Origin: Isurus oxyrinchus
Taxonomy: Eukaryota
Direction of reading: 5' to 3'
NCBI GenBank assembly: GCA_026770705.1
Contig: JANJGN010000121.1
Location: 558,001-622,000, forward strand
DNA: 64,000 nucleotides
The translations under genes and the position numbers were made by a program. The notes beneath the pieces were generated by a model. The model saw nothing but the letters and a program-made list of their open reading frames with translations. It had not been told where the DNA came from and searched no databases. This document shows positions 1 to 12,148 of this stretch, in pieces (position 1 is the first letter of the stretch; each line of letters opens with the position of its first letter).

Positions 1-264
1 TTAATTGATTGATACATTTTTTTCTTATTCATTTCAGGGATGTTGGTGTCGCTGACTAGGCCAGTATTTGTTGCCCATCCCCATTTGCCTTTGAGAACAT
101 ATGGATATCTGAGTTAGGATCAGGAGTAGGTCACTCAGCCCCTCGAACCTGCTCCGCCATTCAGTAAGATCATGGCTGATCTGATTGTCACCTCAACCTC
201 ACATTCCTGCCTACCCCCAATGACCTTTCACCCCCTTGTTAATCAAGAATCTATCTAGCTCTGT

Positions 265-2215
265 GGAAGGGGAGCCAATCAATCGGGCTGCTTTGTCCTG
301 GATGGTGTCAAGCTTCTTGAGTGTTGTTGGAGCTGTGCTCATCCAGGCATGTGGAGAGTATTCCATCACACTCCTGACTTGTGCGTTGTAGATGGTGGAC
401 AGGATTTGGGGAGTCAGGAGGTGTGTTACTGTCTGCAGGGTTCCCAGCCTCTGACCTGCTCTTGCAGCCACAGTGTTTATATGGCTGGTCCAGTTCAGTT
501 TCTGCTCAATGGTAACTCCCAGGATGTTGATATTGGGGGATTCAGTGATGGTAATGCCATTGAATGCCAAGGGGCGATGGTTATGAATGGTCTGTGGGAT
601 ACTCTGGTACAAAATTTCAACACTCGGACTCCAGATGCAATATTCAAGTGGTTCCTTTATTAGGCATGTGGGGAGCAAACGCTGGGCAGTACAGGTGCTT
701 CTCCACCGAGGTTCAAATGAGCACAGTTTATATATTTTTTACTCTCAGTTACAAGGTAATGGTATTAGTTAGACAAAGGCCACAGCACAATGATCCTCCG
801 GTGGGCTGATAATTGTGTTCTTGTACAGTAATTACAGGGCAGAGACTGGCTATTGTCCTTTTGAGACAGCAAAGAATCTATGTTTGTTCGATACAAAAGG
901 TTTCCGGAGGCTGACTGGATGTGGTTCAAGGCCATCGGAGGGTGTGAAATAACCTTCCCGATTTCTTGATTGAGTCACCCTGTGTCCTTGTGTGTGTGTC
1001 TCCCATTTCCTCATTGCAAATTTACAGCTGAGCCCTTTGTACAGGTTTTTAGCTTTCACGTAAGGATGTGTACGCTTTGGCACCCTAGCTGCTGGTCCTG
1101 GCTGGCTCTTTAAAATAAATCCAAATTTTCTGCGCCTTCAGTTAGATTCTCTCTTGTTGGAGCTGGTCATTGCCTGGCACTTGTGTGGCATGAATGTTAC
1201 TTGTCACCTGTCAGCCCAAGCCTGGATGTTGTCCAGGTCTTGCTGCATTTGGACATAACTTGCTTCAGTATCTGAGGAGCCGTGAATGGTGCTGAACATT
1301 GTGCAAACATCAGCAAATATCCCCACTTCTGACCTTATGATGGAAGGAAGGACATTGATGAAGCAGCTGAAGATGGTTGAGCCTAGGACACTACCCTGGA
1401 ACTCCTGCAGTGATGTCCTGGAACTGAGATGATTGACCCCCAACAATCACAACCATCATCCTTTGTGCTAAGTATGACTCCAAACAGCAGAGAGTTTTCC
1501 CCCGATTCCCATTGACTCCAGTTTTGCTCGGGCTCCTTGATTTGCCACACTCAGTCAAATGCTGCCTTGATGTCAAGGGCAGTCCCTCTCACCTCTGGAG
1601 TTCAGCTCATTTGTGCATGTTTGAACCAAGGCTGTAATGAGGCCAGGAGCTGAATGATCCTGGTGGAACACAAACTGAGCGTCAGTGAGCAGGTTCTTGG
1701 TAAGCAGGTGCTGCTTGCAAGCGCTGTTGATGACCCCTTCCATCACTTTAGTAATGATCAAGAATAGACTGCTGGGGAATTGGCTGGGTTGGATTTGTCC
1801 TGCTTTTTGTGTACAGGACGTACCCCATAGCCGGGTAGTTGCCAGTGTTGCAGCTGTACTAGAAAATTCCAGAAAAGCTTGGCTAGGGGCGCAGCAAGTT
1901 CTGGAGCACAAGTCTTCAGTACTATTGCCAGAATATTGTCAGGGCCTGGAGCCTTTGCAATATCCAGTGCCTTCAGCCCTTTCTTGATGTCACGTGGAAT
2001 TAATCGAATTGGCTAAAGATTGGCATCTCTGATGCTGGGGACCTCAGGAGGAGGCCGAGATGGATCAGCCACTCAGCACTTCTGGCTGAAGATTATTGCG
2101 CATGCTTCAGTCTTGTCTTTTGCACCGATGTGCTGGGCTCCTCCATCATTGAGGATGGGGATATTTGTGGAGCCTCCTCCTACAGTGAGTTGTTTAATTG
2201 TCCACGACTGGATGT
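265..2215 (-). mobile_element. Degenerate non-LTR retrotransposon (CR1/L2-group) RT region, interrupted by a solo LTR
   Basis: QGSVLG, FAD-C, MQQDLDNIQAWAD, VRSVMEYSP, LDTIQDKAARLIG motifs across shifted frames. Confidence 0.85.
584..1140 (-). mobile_element. Solo LTR with 4-bp TSD (GTTA)
   Basis: TGAA...TTCA termini, GTTA at 580-583 and 1141-1144; minus-strand TATA (about 727-735) followed by AATAAA (661-656). Confidence 0.75.
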
Positions 2216-3640
2216 GACATCTGGAATGCGAAGCTAGTCTCAGTAATGGTGACCATGAAACTAAGGCCAATTGTTGCAAAAACCCATCTGGGTCACTAAT
2301 GCCCTTTGGGGAAGGAAACCTGCCGTCCTTACCCATTCTGGCCTACGTGTGACGCCTGAACCACAGCAATGTGGTTGACTCTTAACTGGCCCCTGAAATG
2401 GCCAAGCAAGCCACTGAGTTATATCAAAACCCGCCACAGACCAGTCAAACCAGGTGAACTGCAGCACTTCGAAAAGGCAGCTCAGCACCCCCTTCTCCAG
2501 GGCTCAGTCAGGAACAGGTAACAAATGCTGTCCACATCCTGTGAAAGACTTTTGGTAAAAAGGTAGCCGTGTATCACCACCCACGGCCAGCGCCAGCACC
2601 CCCACCCCTACCTGATTGCACCAGTTTCAGATTACACCAGGTCAATGAACGGATAGAAACTCAAACCAATGAGATGAGCACAGAGAAGGATCAAGCCAGA
2701 GAGAGTTGGTGGGAAGAATTGGGAAAGCAACAAAAAAGGCAGAGCGGACACTAACACTATAACAAAGTAAAGACCAGAGGAGGAAGGAAGCAAGTGCGAA
2801 GAGGAATTGAGAGAAGAGCTGGTCGGCTGCTTGTCGAAGCCAAGGAACCTCCATAGGGCACATCCACAGTGCTGTTGGGGAGGGTGATACATGATTTTGA
2901 CCCAGGATCATCAAGTGTTGCACTGGCAGAGCCTTTAAAGTAAAGGGACCTTCACTACCCGTGTCCCCCACCCTACAAAGCTGTTGACCTGCTGAGTCCA
3001 CCTGTACAGGCAACCTCCAGACAGTTGGCTACAGAGGCCATTGCAGCTGCTGAATATGACTTCCCGTTTCAAACCCTTCATGAATACAAGGATGGGGGAT
3101 TCAGCAGGAATATTACTGCACATCCTTTTTATCCTTATTATTTTTCCTTTGCTTACATTTTAATCCCTGCACCTGATGGCTTTATCGCTTCAACTTAAAT
3201 AACTTTCAGCAGGAGCCAGGTTCAAATTGAATGGACAAGCTGGCTTGGGAGGCCAAAAGGCCTACTCCTGCTTCTGTTCATTTTTATTTGTGTTGTTATG
3301 TAGTGGAACTAGAGAGGTTATAGCAGTTATGAGAGCATTAAGCAAACAGCAGCAAGAATTGAACACCTACGTTGTGGTTTATGAAAAGGTTTTCAACCTG
3401 GTCAACTGGTAAAATCTGTTGAAAGTGGGCTATCATGGCGTGTGGCCTTTGTGTGATATTTGTAACAACGTTCTCGATGTCGGAACAGCTTGCATTGAAC
3501 AAAGCTGATCTTTACCCAGAACTTCAGAGGAAGGGGGGACAATTGTTCCCTGGTGTGGGGGGCATGGTGGGGGGGGGAGGGTGAGGGGGAGACAAGTAGC
3601 CTGAAATACCAAGCCAGACTCTTTGTGAAGACAAAAGTTG

Positions 3641-3646
3641 TTTATT
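3641..3646 (-). terminator. Candidate polyadenylation signal of the HAMP-like gene
   Basis: AATAAA on the minus strand (tttatt on plus), about 900 nt after the stop codon. Confidence 0.5.
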
Positions 3647-3839
3647 CATTTTTTTTTACAAAGCACAATATTTACAATTAAAGTCCCGACAAGATAATGG
3701 TGAATCATGAACACATTGTCGGGGTGAATCTGTGCCCGGGAGCATAAAGCAGCAAAATCAGGAGCCCGCTTTACATCTCTCTGAATTTTAACTATCATTA
3801 ACCCCAGTAACATCCATTCAAATGACTTAGTCATAAGAT

Positions 3840-4240
3840 TCCTCACACATTCACTTGCACACTCACACACCCACACCCACACAGACACACTGACACACTC
3901 ACTCATTCACATTGACACACACTGACACAGTCACACACACCCACACAGACACACTGACACACTCACTCATTCACATTGACACACACTGACACAGTCACAC
4001 ACACCCACACAGACACACTGACACACTCACTCATTCACATTGACACACACTGACACAGTCACACACACACATACACACACACACACACACGCTGACACAA
4101 TCACACACATTCACATTGACACGCACTGACAGTCACACATACACACACACACGCTGACACAATCACACACATTCACATTGACACACACATATTGACAGTC
4201 ACACACACACGCTCATAAAGACAGACACAAACACAGTCAC
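3840..4240. repeat. CA-rich compound tandem repeat in the predicted HAMP 3' UTR
   Basis: Repeats of tcattcacattgacacacactgacacagtcacacacac. Confidence 0.8.
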
Positions 4241-4541
4241 GTGAGGTGAATAGTGTCGATGTATTTAAGGGGAAGCTGGATAAACACACGAGGGAGAAAT
4301 GATTAGAAGGATATGGTGATGGGGTGAGATGGAGAAGGGGTGGGCGGAGACTCGTGTGGAGCAGAAACACCAGCATGGAACAGATGGGCCGAATGGCTTC
4401 TTTCACTGCTGTAAAACGCAGGTAAAGTTTCAGTTGGAATTAATGAACAGGGCCTGTGTGAAATAGATTGCTAAGCAGTAGATAAGGAGGGGAGAGGCTG
4501 TGGCATGGTGCAGGATGACCTTGCGTGAATGAGGCCAGGGT

Positions 4542-4658
4542 CTAATATCTACAGCAGAGACCACAAGTCTCATTTGGTCCTCTCCAATTACAGCAGTGAC
4601 AGCAGAATCTGCAGAGCTGCTGTCTGCTCATTCTGTTCTGGCGCTGCAGCAAGGAGCC
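4542..4658 (-). CDS. HAMP: HAMP-like exon 3 (cleavage site and mature peptide)
   Basis: Acceptor ctcctgcttttccag|, GSLLQRQNR-MSRQQLCRFCCHCCNWRGPNETCGLCCRY-TAG. Confidence 0.93.
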   Translation of the reverse strand, partial: GSLLQRQNRMSRQQLCRFCCHCCNWRGPNETCGLCCRY

Positions 4659-7600
4659 CTGGAAAAGCAGGAGGACAATAGGTGAGAACATTCCGGAAAG
4701 AAAGAAGGCATCATTTCAATCAGGCGCGTCATTGGAAGGAGGATGGCGCATTTCTATAGCGCCTTTCCCCTCCTCAGGATGGCCCAAAGTGTTCCACAGC
4801 TGAAGGAAGGACTTTTTCTGAAGTGAGCTCACCGCTGTAATGTAGGAAACGCAGCAGGCAATTCACGCACAGCAAGATCCCACAAACAGAAATGTGATAA
4901 TGGCCCCGATTTTCAGTTTTTTACCAATGTCAGTTGAGGGATAAATGTTTGCCCCAGGAAAGCAGACATAACTCCACCCCATCCACCCCCCACCACCCCC
5001 TCCACACATACCCCCAACTCCTGACGCACTTCATTTAAATTGTGGCCATGGAATCCTCTACATCCATCTGAGAGGGCAGATGTTGTCTCAGTTTAACATC
5101 TCATCTGAAAGACAGCGCCTTCAACAGTGCAGCACCCCCTCAGTACTGACCGTCTGACAATGCAGCACCCCCTCAGTACTGACCGTCTGACAATGCAGCA
5201 CCCCCTCAGTACTGACCCTCCAACAGTGCAGCACTCCCTCAGTACTGGCTGTCTGACAATGCAGCACCCCCTCAGTACTGACCCTCCGACTGTGCAGTCC
5301 CCCGCCGGTACTGACCCTCTGACAGTGCAGCACTCCAAGACTGACCGTCTGACAATGCAGCACCCCCTCAGTACTGACCCTCCGACTGTCCTGCCCCCCC
5401 GCCGGTACTGACCCTCCGACAGCTCGGTAATTTCTCAATTATGCCTGGTGGTCCTTTTAATTCAGAGCTGAGAGTTGCAGAGAATCGAGCACACATCCTG
5501 AACTGACACTTGCAGTGCAAGTACTGGGAGCGCGCTGGTCATTATCATGCTGCTGTCTGTGGGATCTTACTGTGCGCCAATGGCTGATTCTTTTCCCACA
5601 GTACATCAGTGACCTCACATGAAAGAAAAAAAGCACTTGATTGTCTGCGAAACACTTTGGGACGTCCTGATGTGTTGGAAGGCGCTAGAGAAATGCAAGT
5701 CCTCTTTGTCTTTCACTCGATCCTCTAAGGTGTCTGTTGATTAACCAGCCTCTCGGTGTTTGATGTAGGCCTGGTTATAAACAGTTAGAAGGATCAAATA
5801 TCAAAAGTGCTTTGGCTGACAGTCAAACCGATTGTGCGTTCGGAGAGATTAGATATGGTCTGCACACAATGACTCCAGTCTCTGGCACTGACTGCCGCCT
5901 GGGGTCTCCCTTCCACATAACACTCACAACTTGCATTTACACAGCGCCTCTGACATTGCAAAATGTCCCAGCCCACATTACCGGAGCGTAAATCAGAGAG
6001 AAGTCTAACACTGAGTCACATATGGAGATATTAGGGTTAGGTGACCAAAAGCTTGGTCAAAGATGTCAGTTTTTAAGGAGCGTCTTAAAGGAGAGAGAGA
6101 GAGAGAGGCAGAGAGGTTAAGGGAGGGTATTCCGGAGCTCAGGGTCCCAGGCAGCTGAAGGCACGGCCACCAATGGTGGAGCGATGGGAATCAGGGGGAC
6201 CCGGGAGATGCAGTAATGTCAGAGATTTTGGAGGAACATCGGGACCGGAGGAGGTGTTCTCCTGCTCCATATCTCTCTCTCTCTTCCTCTCATCCACTCC
6301 TCCTCTCCCTGTCTCTCTCTCCTACTCTTCCTCTCAATTGCCCTCTCTCCCAATCTTTCTCTCCTCTCTCCCTTTTCCTGTCTCTCTCCCTCTCTCTCCC
6401 TGTCTCCTTCTCCCACTCTGTATCTCTCCCTCTCTCTCACACTATTTTTGTACCTTTCGCTCACTCTGTAACTCTCCCTTTCCTGTTAATTTCTCTCTCT
6501 TGGACAATCTCTCTTCCCTTTTCACTTTCCCTCACTCCGCATCTCTTCTTTAATTTCTCCCTCTGTCACTCTCTCCCACCTATGTTCTTTCCCTTTCACC
6601 CCTCCCCGTCCCACTCTCTGTCTCTCTCTTCCAATCCCTCCCTCCCCCATTCCATCCCTCTCTCCGACTCTCGACTCCCAGCCTCTCTTTAACCCACTCC
6701 CAGGCTGGATCAGTCTCCCTCTCACTATTCCCGGCGTGGGTTACATTTAAAATTCCTGTGGGGATATGTTCACTTCCTTGGAATTGCCTCTTCCCAGCTT
6801 TGCAAAAAAAGCGGTGGGGGGGGGCTCGATTTCAAACATGCCTCCTGAGTATAACCGAGACAGACTGCCACTGAAATCAGCTTGAAATCAGAAAACTTTC
6901 TGTGGAAGAAACGAGCAGGGAGAAACCTTAAAATAAGGAATGAATTTCCACCTACCGTGTCCGGGGAATCCACAGATTTCTCAATCGTCGAAGAACCTAA
7001 AGCAGTGTCAACCTGCAAAAAGAAAGAATTTATCAGGGAGAAAGTGAGAGGAGGATTGAGGGAGAGGGAGAGAGAGAGAGAGAGAGGTACAGGAGAGAGA
7101 GGGGGAGGAGGACAGACTTGCATTTCTCTAACGCCTTTCACCACATCCCAAAGCATTTCACAGCCACTGAAGGATGTTTTTGAAGTGCACTCACACTGTA
7201 GGAAATGTGGCAGCTGATTTGTGCACAGCAAGATCCCACAAATAGCAATGTGATCATGGCCAAGATCATCTGTTTTTGGTGATGTTGGGTGAGGGATAAA
7301 TATTGGTCCCAGGACACCGGGGAGAACACCCCCTGCTCTTCCTCCAAATAGTGGCTGTGGGATCTTTCACACCCGCCCGAGAGGGCAGACGGGGGACTCA
7401 GTTTAATGTCTCATTCAACATTGTTGTGCTCCCTCAGTACTAACCCTTTGACACTGCAGCACTCCCTCAGTACTAACCCTTCGATAGTGCTGCACTCCCA
7501 CCCTATTGTCCCTCCGTCAGTGCAGCGCTCCCTCAGTACTGACCCTCCGACAGTGCAACACTTCCACAGTACTGACCCTGTAACAATGCAGCACTTCCTC

Positions 7601-9404
7601 AGTACTGACCTCCGACAGTATAGCACTCACTCAGTACTGTCCCTCCAATAGTGCAACACTTCCACACTACTGACCCTCTGACAGTGCAGCACTCCCTCAG
7701 CACGGAGTGTTGACCGACGTTATGGGACTGAATTCCCTGGAGTGAGACTCAGACCAGAGATTTAGGTAGGGTTGTTCCGGCTGGAGGAGGTTACAGAGAT
7801 AGGGAGGGTTGTAGAGGCTGTAGGAGGTAACAGAGATAGGGAGGATTCTAGAGGCTGTAGGAGGTTACAGAGATAGGGAGGGTTGTAGGGGCTGTAGGAG
7901 GTTACAGAGATAGGGAGGTGAGTAGGGGCTGTAGGAGGTTAAAGAGATGGGGGGGTTGTGGGGGCTGGAGGTGGTTACAGAGGTAGGGAGGGTTGTAGAG
8001 GCTGGAGGAGGTTACCAAAATAGATACTGTTGTAGGGGCCACAGTAGGTTACAGAGATAGGGAGAGTTATAGTGTGGAGAGGACGTTATAGAGTTCATGA
8101 GCATTGTAGGGGCTGGAGGAGGTTACAGTGATTCTGAGGGTCGTGGGGCCTGGAGGAGGTTACAGAGATAGGGAGGGTTGTAGGGTCTGGAGGAGGTTAC
8201 AGAGATAGGGAGGGTTGTAGGGTCTGGAGCAGGTTACAGAGATAGGGAGGGTTGTAGGGTCTAGAGGAGGTTACAGTGATCATGAGGGTTGTGGGGTCTG
8301 GGGGAGGTTACAGAGATAGGTAGTGTTGTAGGGGCTGGAGGAGGTTACAGAGATAGGGAGGTTTATAGGGGCTGGAGGAGTTTACAGAGATAGGGAGGGT
8401 TGTAGGGGCTGGAGGAGGTTACGGAGATAGGGAGTGTTGTAGGGGCTGGAGGAGGTAACAGAGATAGGGACAGTTGTAGGGGCTGGAGGAAGTTACAGAG
8501 ATAGGGAGGGTTGTAGGGGCTGGAGGAGGTTACAGATATAGGGAGGGTTGTAGCGGCTGGAGAAGGTTACAGAGATAGGGAGGGGTGTAGGAGCTGGAGG
8601 AGGTTACAGAGATAGGGAGGGTTGTAAGGCCTGGTGGAGGTTACAGAGATAGGGAGGGGTGTAGGGGCTGGAGGAGGTTACAGAGATAGGGAGGGTTGTA
8701 GGGGCTGGAGGAGGTTACAGATATAGGGAGGGTTGTAGGGTCTGGAGCAGGTTACAGAGATAGGGAGGGTTGTAGGGTCTAGAGGAGGTTACAGTGATCA
8801 TGAGGGTTGTGGGGTCTGGGGGAGGTTACAGAGATAGGTAGGGTTGTAGGGGCTGGAGGAGGTTACAGAGATAGGGAGGTTTATAGAGGCTGTAGGAGGT
8901 AACAGAGATAGGGAGGATTCTAGAGGCTGTAGGAGGTTACAGAGATAGGGAGGGTTGTAGGGGCTGGAGGAGGTTACAGAGATAGGGAGGGTTGTAGGGG
9001 CTGGAGGAGGTTACAGATATAGGGAGGGTTGTAGCGGCTGGAGGAGGTTACAGAGATAGGGAGGGGTGTAGGGGCTGGAGGAGGTTACAGAGATAGGGAG
9101 GGTTGTAAGGCCTGGTGGAGGTTACAGAGATAGGGAGTGGCTGAGGAGGGATTGAAAACAAGAATGAGAATTTCAGGGGAAACGACAGAAGGAAATGAAG
9201 AGGGCGACAATATTAAAGGCACGAACATAATAATATCAAACTGCGGAAGTGACCAGTCTATCTGGGTGGTAGACGTAGAGTCATGTGCAAGAAACACCTC
9301 ACCCAGAGGGACATCTCTTAGCTTACCCTCGACAAGGAGAAGAAGTGACTCAGCTGCAGGGAGAGCAGCAAAGTCAGAGTGAACAAGACAAGTCGCCATT
9401 TCAT
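4542..9404 (-). CDS. HAMP: Hepcidin-like antimicrobial/iron-regulatory prepropeptide, 3 exons (9404-9327, 7012-6956, 4658-4542), 83 aa
   Basis: Spliced translation MKWRLVLFTLTLLLSLQLSHFFSLSR|VDTALGSSTIEKSVDSPDT|GSLLQRQNRMSRQQLCRFCCHCCNWRGPNETCGLCCRY*. Exons are 78/57/117 nt with GT-AG phase-0 introns. It has a signal peptide, an acidic pro-region, an RxxR convertase site and the hepcidin 8-Cys pattern CxFCCxCC..CGxCC. Confidence 0.92.
6956..7012 (-). CDS. HAMP: HAMP-like exon 2 (pro-region)
   Basis: Acceptor ttctttctttttgcag|, 57 nt encoding VDTALGSSTIEKSVDSPDT, donor ACG|gtaggt. Confidence 0.87.
7780..9140. repeat. 37-bp G-rich minisatellite in HAMP intron 1 (shorter copy at 52005-52805)
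   Basis: Unit ggaggaggttacagagatagggagggttgtaggggct. Confidence 0.92.
9327..9404 (-). CDS. HAMP: HAMP-like exon 1 (signal peptide)
   Basis: ATG at 9404, hydrophobic leader MKWRLVLFTLTLLLSLQLSHF, donor AGG|gtaagc. Confidence 0.9.
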
Positions 9405-9480
9405 CTGGGAGCTTCCCATCTCTGCCTGTCTCTTCTGATCTTCTGGCTCTGCTTTGATGCTTTGGTTTGTAACTAGAGGA

Positions 9481-9705
9481 GCTTCCTGCTCTTATACCTG
9501 AAACACTTGAAGGGGACAGCCGCGGGTGGGTAGCTGTGTGGTATCACACCCATTTCTGGATATTGCAGTGTCGATGTTCCCTGTCCCACTGGCCTGGGAC
9601 CAGCAGTAAGGTCACTGGGACATTGACTGTCTGGCGCCGAGAACTATCAGTCCCTCCGCAACGCCCTTCACCTTGTGCAAATATGTGTTCATATTGACGC
9701 AACAC
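9481..9705 (-). promoter_or_regulatory. HAMP-like promoter: TATAAG (9496-9491), GGCGCC-AGAC BMP/SMAD-like element (9629-9638), C/EBP-like sites (about 9673-9702)
   Basis: Motifs read directly from the sequence. GGCGCC and C/EBP sites are known elements of mammalian HAMP promoters. Retained in the duplicate at 53161-53385. Confidence 0.55.
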
Positions 9706-10364
9706 AACATAGCAAAAACATAGGGGCTGGTTCTTATGTCGGCAAATCAGGTGAACCACACGCCCCCTAACCCCTTACTCCTCTCATTGCTACACTTACT
9801 ATTTTACAAATTGTGTGCGTTGCTTTTATTTTGGACAAGGGGCCTCGAGGGGGAAATGATTTACATTTTGTAACCTCCTCCAGCCCCTACAACACTCCTT
9901 ATCTCTGTAACCTCCTCCAGCCCCTACAACCCTCCCTATCTCTGTAACCTCCTCCAGCCCCTGTAACCCTCCCCATCTCTTGAAGGGTTCTCAAAATTTC
10001 CAACTGTCAAGGAACCCTGGGTTGGTGAGCGTGACCCCTGACCTCTCCTAGTGCAATTTAGTTAGGGTTTGGGGGTGGGACAAGGGTAAGGGCATTAGTA
10101 GCGTGATTCTCCCTCGTTATGCCGTGTGTTCCCCATTCTTAACTCAGTGTACTTTGTAAGTCTGTATAATCTCAGCGTCATCCTAATGTTAGAAGTTCAT
10201 TTGTGACTTCAGTAAACTCAGTTTTTGTCTTGCACCAAAACCAGTTGTCTGCTGCACTTTGTGACAAGCCCCGAATAAGTCCAAGGTCTAGAACCCAGGG
10301 AGTGGGAGTGATTCAGACGGCTCAGAAGTCGCAGGTGAAGCTGACACACACCACCACACCCTAC

Positions 10365-10770
10365 AAGGGGCTGAATGGCCTCCTCCTGTTCCTGTGTAAT
10401 GGGCTTCAGTGGCTGAATGGCCTCCTCCTGTTCCTGTATAACGGACATAAGTGGCAGAATGGCCTCCTCTTGTTCCTGTGTAACGGACATAAGTGGCAGA
10501 ATGGCCTCCTCCTGTTTCTGTGTAACAGTCTTGAGGGGGCTGAATGGCCTCCTCCTGTTCCTGTGTAACAGTCTCGAGGGGGCTGAATGGGCCTCTTCCA
10601 GTTCCTGTGTAACAGGCTCGAGGGGACTGAATGGCCTCCTCCTGTTCCTGTGTAACAGGCTTGAGGGGGCTGAATGGCCTCCTCCTGTTCCTGTGTAACA
10701 GGCTCGAGGGGCTGAATGGCCTCCTCCTGTTCCTGTGTAACAGGCTCAAGGGGCTGAATGGCCTCCTTCT
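10365..10770. repeat. About 43-bp minisatellite (duplicate at 55960-56405)
   Basis: Unit gggctgaatggcctcctcctgttcctgtgtaacaggctcgagg. Confidence 0.88.
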
Positions 10771-11074
10771 GCACTGTAAAATTGTTGTGATACTGTAACT
10801 GCCTCTTTGGTTTCATTCAGCTGAATCTTCAGCTCTTCAGTCTCTTCCTTGTATCTCTTGCCTTCCTCCTGGAACATTGGACATGGTTGGGTCTTCCCTG
10901 CCAACTGTTTCTTCAGTTTGCTCAGAGCGGCACAGAATTCGCTTTCTTTCTCTTCAGGATTTTCCAGTGGAACCAACTCTGACCTGAGGGACACTTGCAG
11001 CCTGTGAGGATGCTTCAATTCTTCAAACTCATTCCGAGATACACTCTCATATTCCCCCAGCAACTCAGCAACTC

Positions 11075-12148
11075 CTCCAGTGAAACATTTCAGAGCAGCT
11101 GAGCTTGGTTTTCTGGAACCAGTCTCGGCCCAGAAGACTAGGGCCCTCACCTGTCGCTATGATCACTGGAAGCTGGGCTGTCTGCTGCCTGTAGGACACA
11201 GGTACTGGGATGAGGTCCTTTCCCTGTATGGATTCTCCAGTGTGTGTCTTCAGCTGATCCATTGTTGGCTCTAAATTCAGCGTCTGGGTTCCTTCATTTA
11301 GCTGTTTAAATGTGGGCTCTTCCACCACTGTGTCTGAGGCTCCCGTATCTGCCCCATTACTAGTGGCTGCCCATTCACTTGGGTTGTGATGGTTATAGGT
11401 TCAGTTTTTACCACTGTGACATTGGACAGGGAATAGACATCGGTATCAGCAGCTTCAGGCTCTGTGATATTATTCACTTCCATCATGTTGGTGCACTGCC
11501 TGATGGGCTGTCTCGATTTCACCCTGCATTGCTTTATTACCCGCCCCTTTCTTGTGACAGTGATGGCATTCTGCCCCCTTGAACCTGCAGGTGTCCGGTA
11601 TGAGCTCACTCCCCCCCACATCGAGAACAGGCCAACTTCGGAGTTGCTGCTGAAATACTCCCACGAAGCCTTTTAGTTTCTGGAGCGGCAGAGACTGTCT
11701 CTCGCTTGGCGGCTGTCTCTCCCTCTCTCTCTCTCTCTCTCTCTCCAGTTTGAGCCTCACGCCCGGTGGTTGTTTCCTGTCCCAGCTGAGGACTGGCGCC
11801 ATGTTGTACATCCTGTAAATCCCGCCAGTCTCTCCCAGCACTTTCCATGCCTGGCGCTATTTCCATGGTGCGCTTCAAATCGATGTCGGCTTCTGCGAGT
11901 AAACGGCTCTGAATGGCGTTGGGGTGAACGACACAAACCAATCGGCCCCGCAACATGTCATTGAGTGTGTCTCCGAGGTCCCAGTGCTCAGTCACCTGCT
12001 TCCACTTCACTGTATAGGTTGCGATGGACTCTCCCGGGGCCCTTACTCTGGAGTTAAACTTAAACCTCTGCATTATTACCCACGGCTTCAGCTGAAAATA
12101 CATCTTCATGAGGACGACTAATTGGTGAAAAGATTTAGAATTGGGTGT
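11075..12148 (-). mobile_element. Degenerate Ty3/Gypsy (K02A2.6-like) gag-protease fragment
   Basis: SKSFHQLV...QRFKFNSRVRAPGESIATY...LNDMLRGRLVC; zinc-knuckle remnants CSRCGG/CHHCHKKG; protease remnant GPSLLGRDW; frameshifted. Confidence 0.82.

Noticed and set aside
2569-3130. Short purine-rich ORFs after the LINE
   Set aside because: No recognisable domain or coherent exon structure.
7780-9140. CRISPR-like regular repeats (also the 33-, 43- and 70-bp arrays)
   Set aside because: Head-to-tail units without unique spacers, eukaryotic context, no cas genes.
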